This document shows, piece after piece, positions 62,525 to 64,000 of a stretch of 64,000 nt of DNA (the first letter of the stretch is position 1; every line of letters starts with the position of its first letter). This stretch comes from an uncultured Acidobacteriota bacterium (lineage in GTDB: Bacteria > Acidobacteriota > Thermoanaerobaculia > Gp7-AA8). Location: NCBI GenBank assembly GCA_963741955.1, contig CAVUKB010000005.1, forward strand, positions 704,001 through 768,000. The letters run 5' to 3'. The notes below the pieces were generated by a model, which saw nothing but the letters and a program-made list of their open reading frames with translations, was not told the DNA's origin and did no database searches. Position numbers and translations under genes: made by a program.

Positions 62525-63721
62525 ATGAGAACTCTCTACTTCGACTGTTCGTCCGGCATCGCCGGAGACATGACCATCGCCGCGCTCATCGATGCGGGAG
62601 TCGATGCGGAATCGGTCATTTCCGAGATCCGGAAGCTTCCGTTCGACGGTTACGAGATCCGGGTCTTCCGCGACCGCCGCGCCGGCACGGCCGGCACCCG
62701 CTTCGACGTCGTCGTCTCGGTGGACGAGAAGCGTGCTCATCGAAACTTCCACGATCTCGAAGAGCTGGTCACCGGCCGCGGTCTCGACCCGCGGGTGGAA
62801 GAGGACGCGATCGCCATGTTCCGGCGGATCTGCGAAGTCGAAGGGAAGATTCACGAACAGCCGCTGGAAAAGATCCATCTCCATGAAGTCGGCGCGATCG
62901 ACTCGATCGTGGATATCGTCGGAGCTGCAGTCGCCATCCGGTCGCTCGGATCGTTGGAGATCCGTTCGTCTGCGGTGCACGTCGGGAGCGGCCGGGTGAA
63001 CTGCCGGCACGGTTCGGTCCCGGTTCCCGCTCCGGCCACGGCGGAGCTCCTTCGAGGCATACCCTTCTACCAGCTGGACGTCGAAGGCGAGTTCACGACT
63101 CCCACAGGCGCACTGATCGTTTCCCATTACGCGCGCTCGTTCGGCCCAATGCCGTCCATGCGCGTCGACGCTTTCGGCTACGGCCTCGGCGCGCGCGAGC
63201 ACGCGAAGTTCCCGAATGTTCTGCGCGTCTTTGCCGGCGAGACCGAGACGTCGCTGCAGAGCAGGTCGACCATCGTCTCGATCGAAACCGATATCGACGA
63301 CGCCACATCCGAAGTACTCGGTTATGCGATGGAGAAGCTCTACGAGGCGGGAGCGGTCGAAGTCTTCTTCCAGGCCGCGCAGATGAAGAAGAACCGTCCC
63401 GGAACGCTGCTCCGGGTTCTCTGCCGTCCGGATCGGAAGGATGCCGTGATCGAGACGATCTTTCGCGAGACACCGACGATCGGAGTGCGTTTCACGGAGC
63501 TCGAGCGAGTGGAGCTGGTGCGCGACATCATCACCGTGGAGACGGCGCTCGGGAGCATCCGGATGAAGCGAAGCTCGATCGACGGGACGGCGGTCACGGT
63601 GGCCCCGGAGTTCGAGTCATGTGCGGCGATCGCGCGGGAGCGTGGCATCCCGGTGCGTGAGGTCTTCGCAATCGCTCAGGCGGCGGCGCAGACGATGGGA
63701 CGGGATCGCGAATCACGCTGA
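62525..63721 (+). CDS. larC: Nickel-pincer cofactor biosynthesis protein LarC
   Basis: [52 protein letters not shown]. Confidence 0.93.
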   Translation: MRTLYFDCSSGIAGDMTIAALIDAGVDAESVISEIRKLPFDGYEIRVFRDRRAGTAGTRFDVVVSVDEKRAHRNFHDLEELVTGRGLDPRVEEDAIAMFRRICEVEGKIHEQPLEKIHLHEVGAIDSIVDIVGAAVAIRSLGSLEIRSSAVHVGSGRVNCRHGSVPVPAPATAELLRGIPFYQLDVEGEFTTPTGALIVSHYARSFGPMPSMRVDAFGYGLGAREHAKFPNVLRVFAGETETSLQSRSTIVSIETDIDDATSEVLGYAMEKLYEAGAVEVFFQAAQMKKNRPGTLLRVLCRPDRKDAVIETIFRETPTIGVRFTELERVELVRDIITVETALGSIRMKRSSIDGTAVTVAPEFESCAAIARERGIPVREVFAIAQAAAQTMGRDRESR

Positions 63722-63785
63722 GGCTTGCCGGTCATGAATTGATCACGGAGATCCGGCCGCGCATCATCTCTGAGGCAGATCCGGG

Positions 63786-64000
63786 CTAGATTCTCTCCCG
63801 CCGCCCTTCCCCTCGCCGTTCGAGCTGCCGCAGCAGCTCGAACGCACGATCGCGCAGAACGCGCTCACGGTCGGTCGCCGCGTGCGGCTCCTTCTCGATC
63901 ACGTCGACCCACGAGTGGATTGCGCGGAAACATTCACCGAGATCCGAAGGGTCGGAGAAGAGACGCTCCGGTGCGAATCCGGCCTCCGAAACGACGCGGT
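63786..64000 (-). CDS. 3' end of a hypothetical protein, truncated by the window edge
   Basis: Open frame ...GFAPERLFSDPSDLGECFRAIHSWVDVIEKEPH...RRERI*. Confidence 0.5.
   Translation of the reverse strand, partial: RVVSEAGFAPERLFSDPSDLGECFRAIHSWVDVIEKEPHAATDRERVLRDRAFELLRQLERRGEGRRERI

Overview
GC-rich bacterial chromosomal window. Gene content (ECF-anti-sigma-HEAT cluster, lolB-like/ispE/tRNA-Gln, MglA-type GTPase, ELWxxDGT/IPTL-CTERM protein, M14 peptidase, NfnAB, cytochrome bd) fits an Acidobacteriota, possibly Thermoanaerobaculia-like, organism; this is an inference. There are about 55 protein-coding genes, one tRNA-Gln(TTG), a YefM/YoeB toxin-antitoxin pair, a truncated REP-associated tyrosine transposase between long inverted repeats, two long-unit palindromic tandem arrays (~157 bp x ~4; ~213-220 bp x ~5), a MITE-like element and many intergenic heptamer arrays. 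No CRISPR array, rRNA or intact integrase was seen. The most notable signal lies upstream of metY-metX-hom: a sigma70 promoter, a 23-codon Met/Cys-rich leader ORF (MKPTFASFSMCPMCMRACSSERV) and five mutually exclusive pairing segments ending in an intrinsic terminator, i.e. a candidate ribosome-stalling attenuator sensing Met/Cys. The second is a signalling locus: a GAF-sigma54 activator with a non-canonical GVATGV loop, a -24/-12 promoter, an unannotated 55-aa hydrophobic protein and an RsbW/RsbV/RsbU-like partner switch. All calls come from motif reading by eye; no database searches or folding calculations were run.
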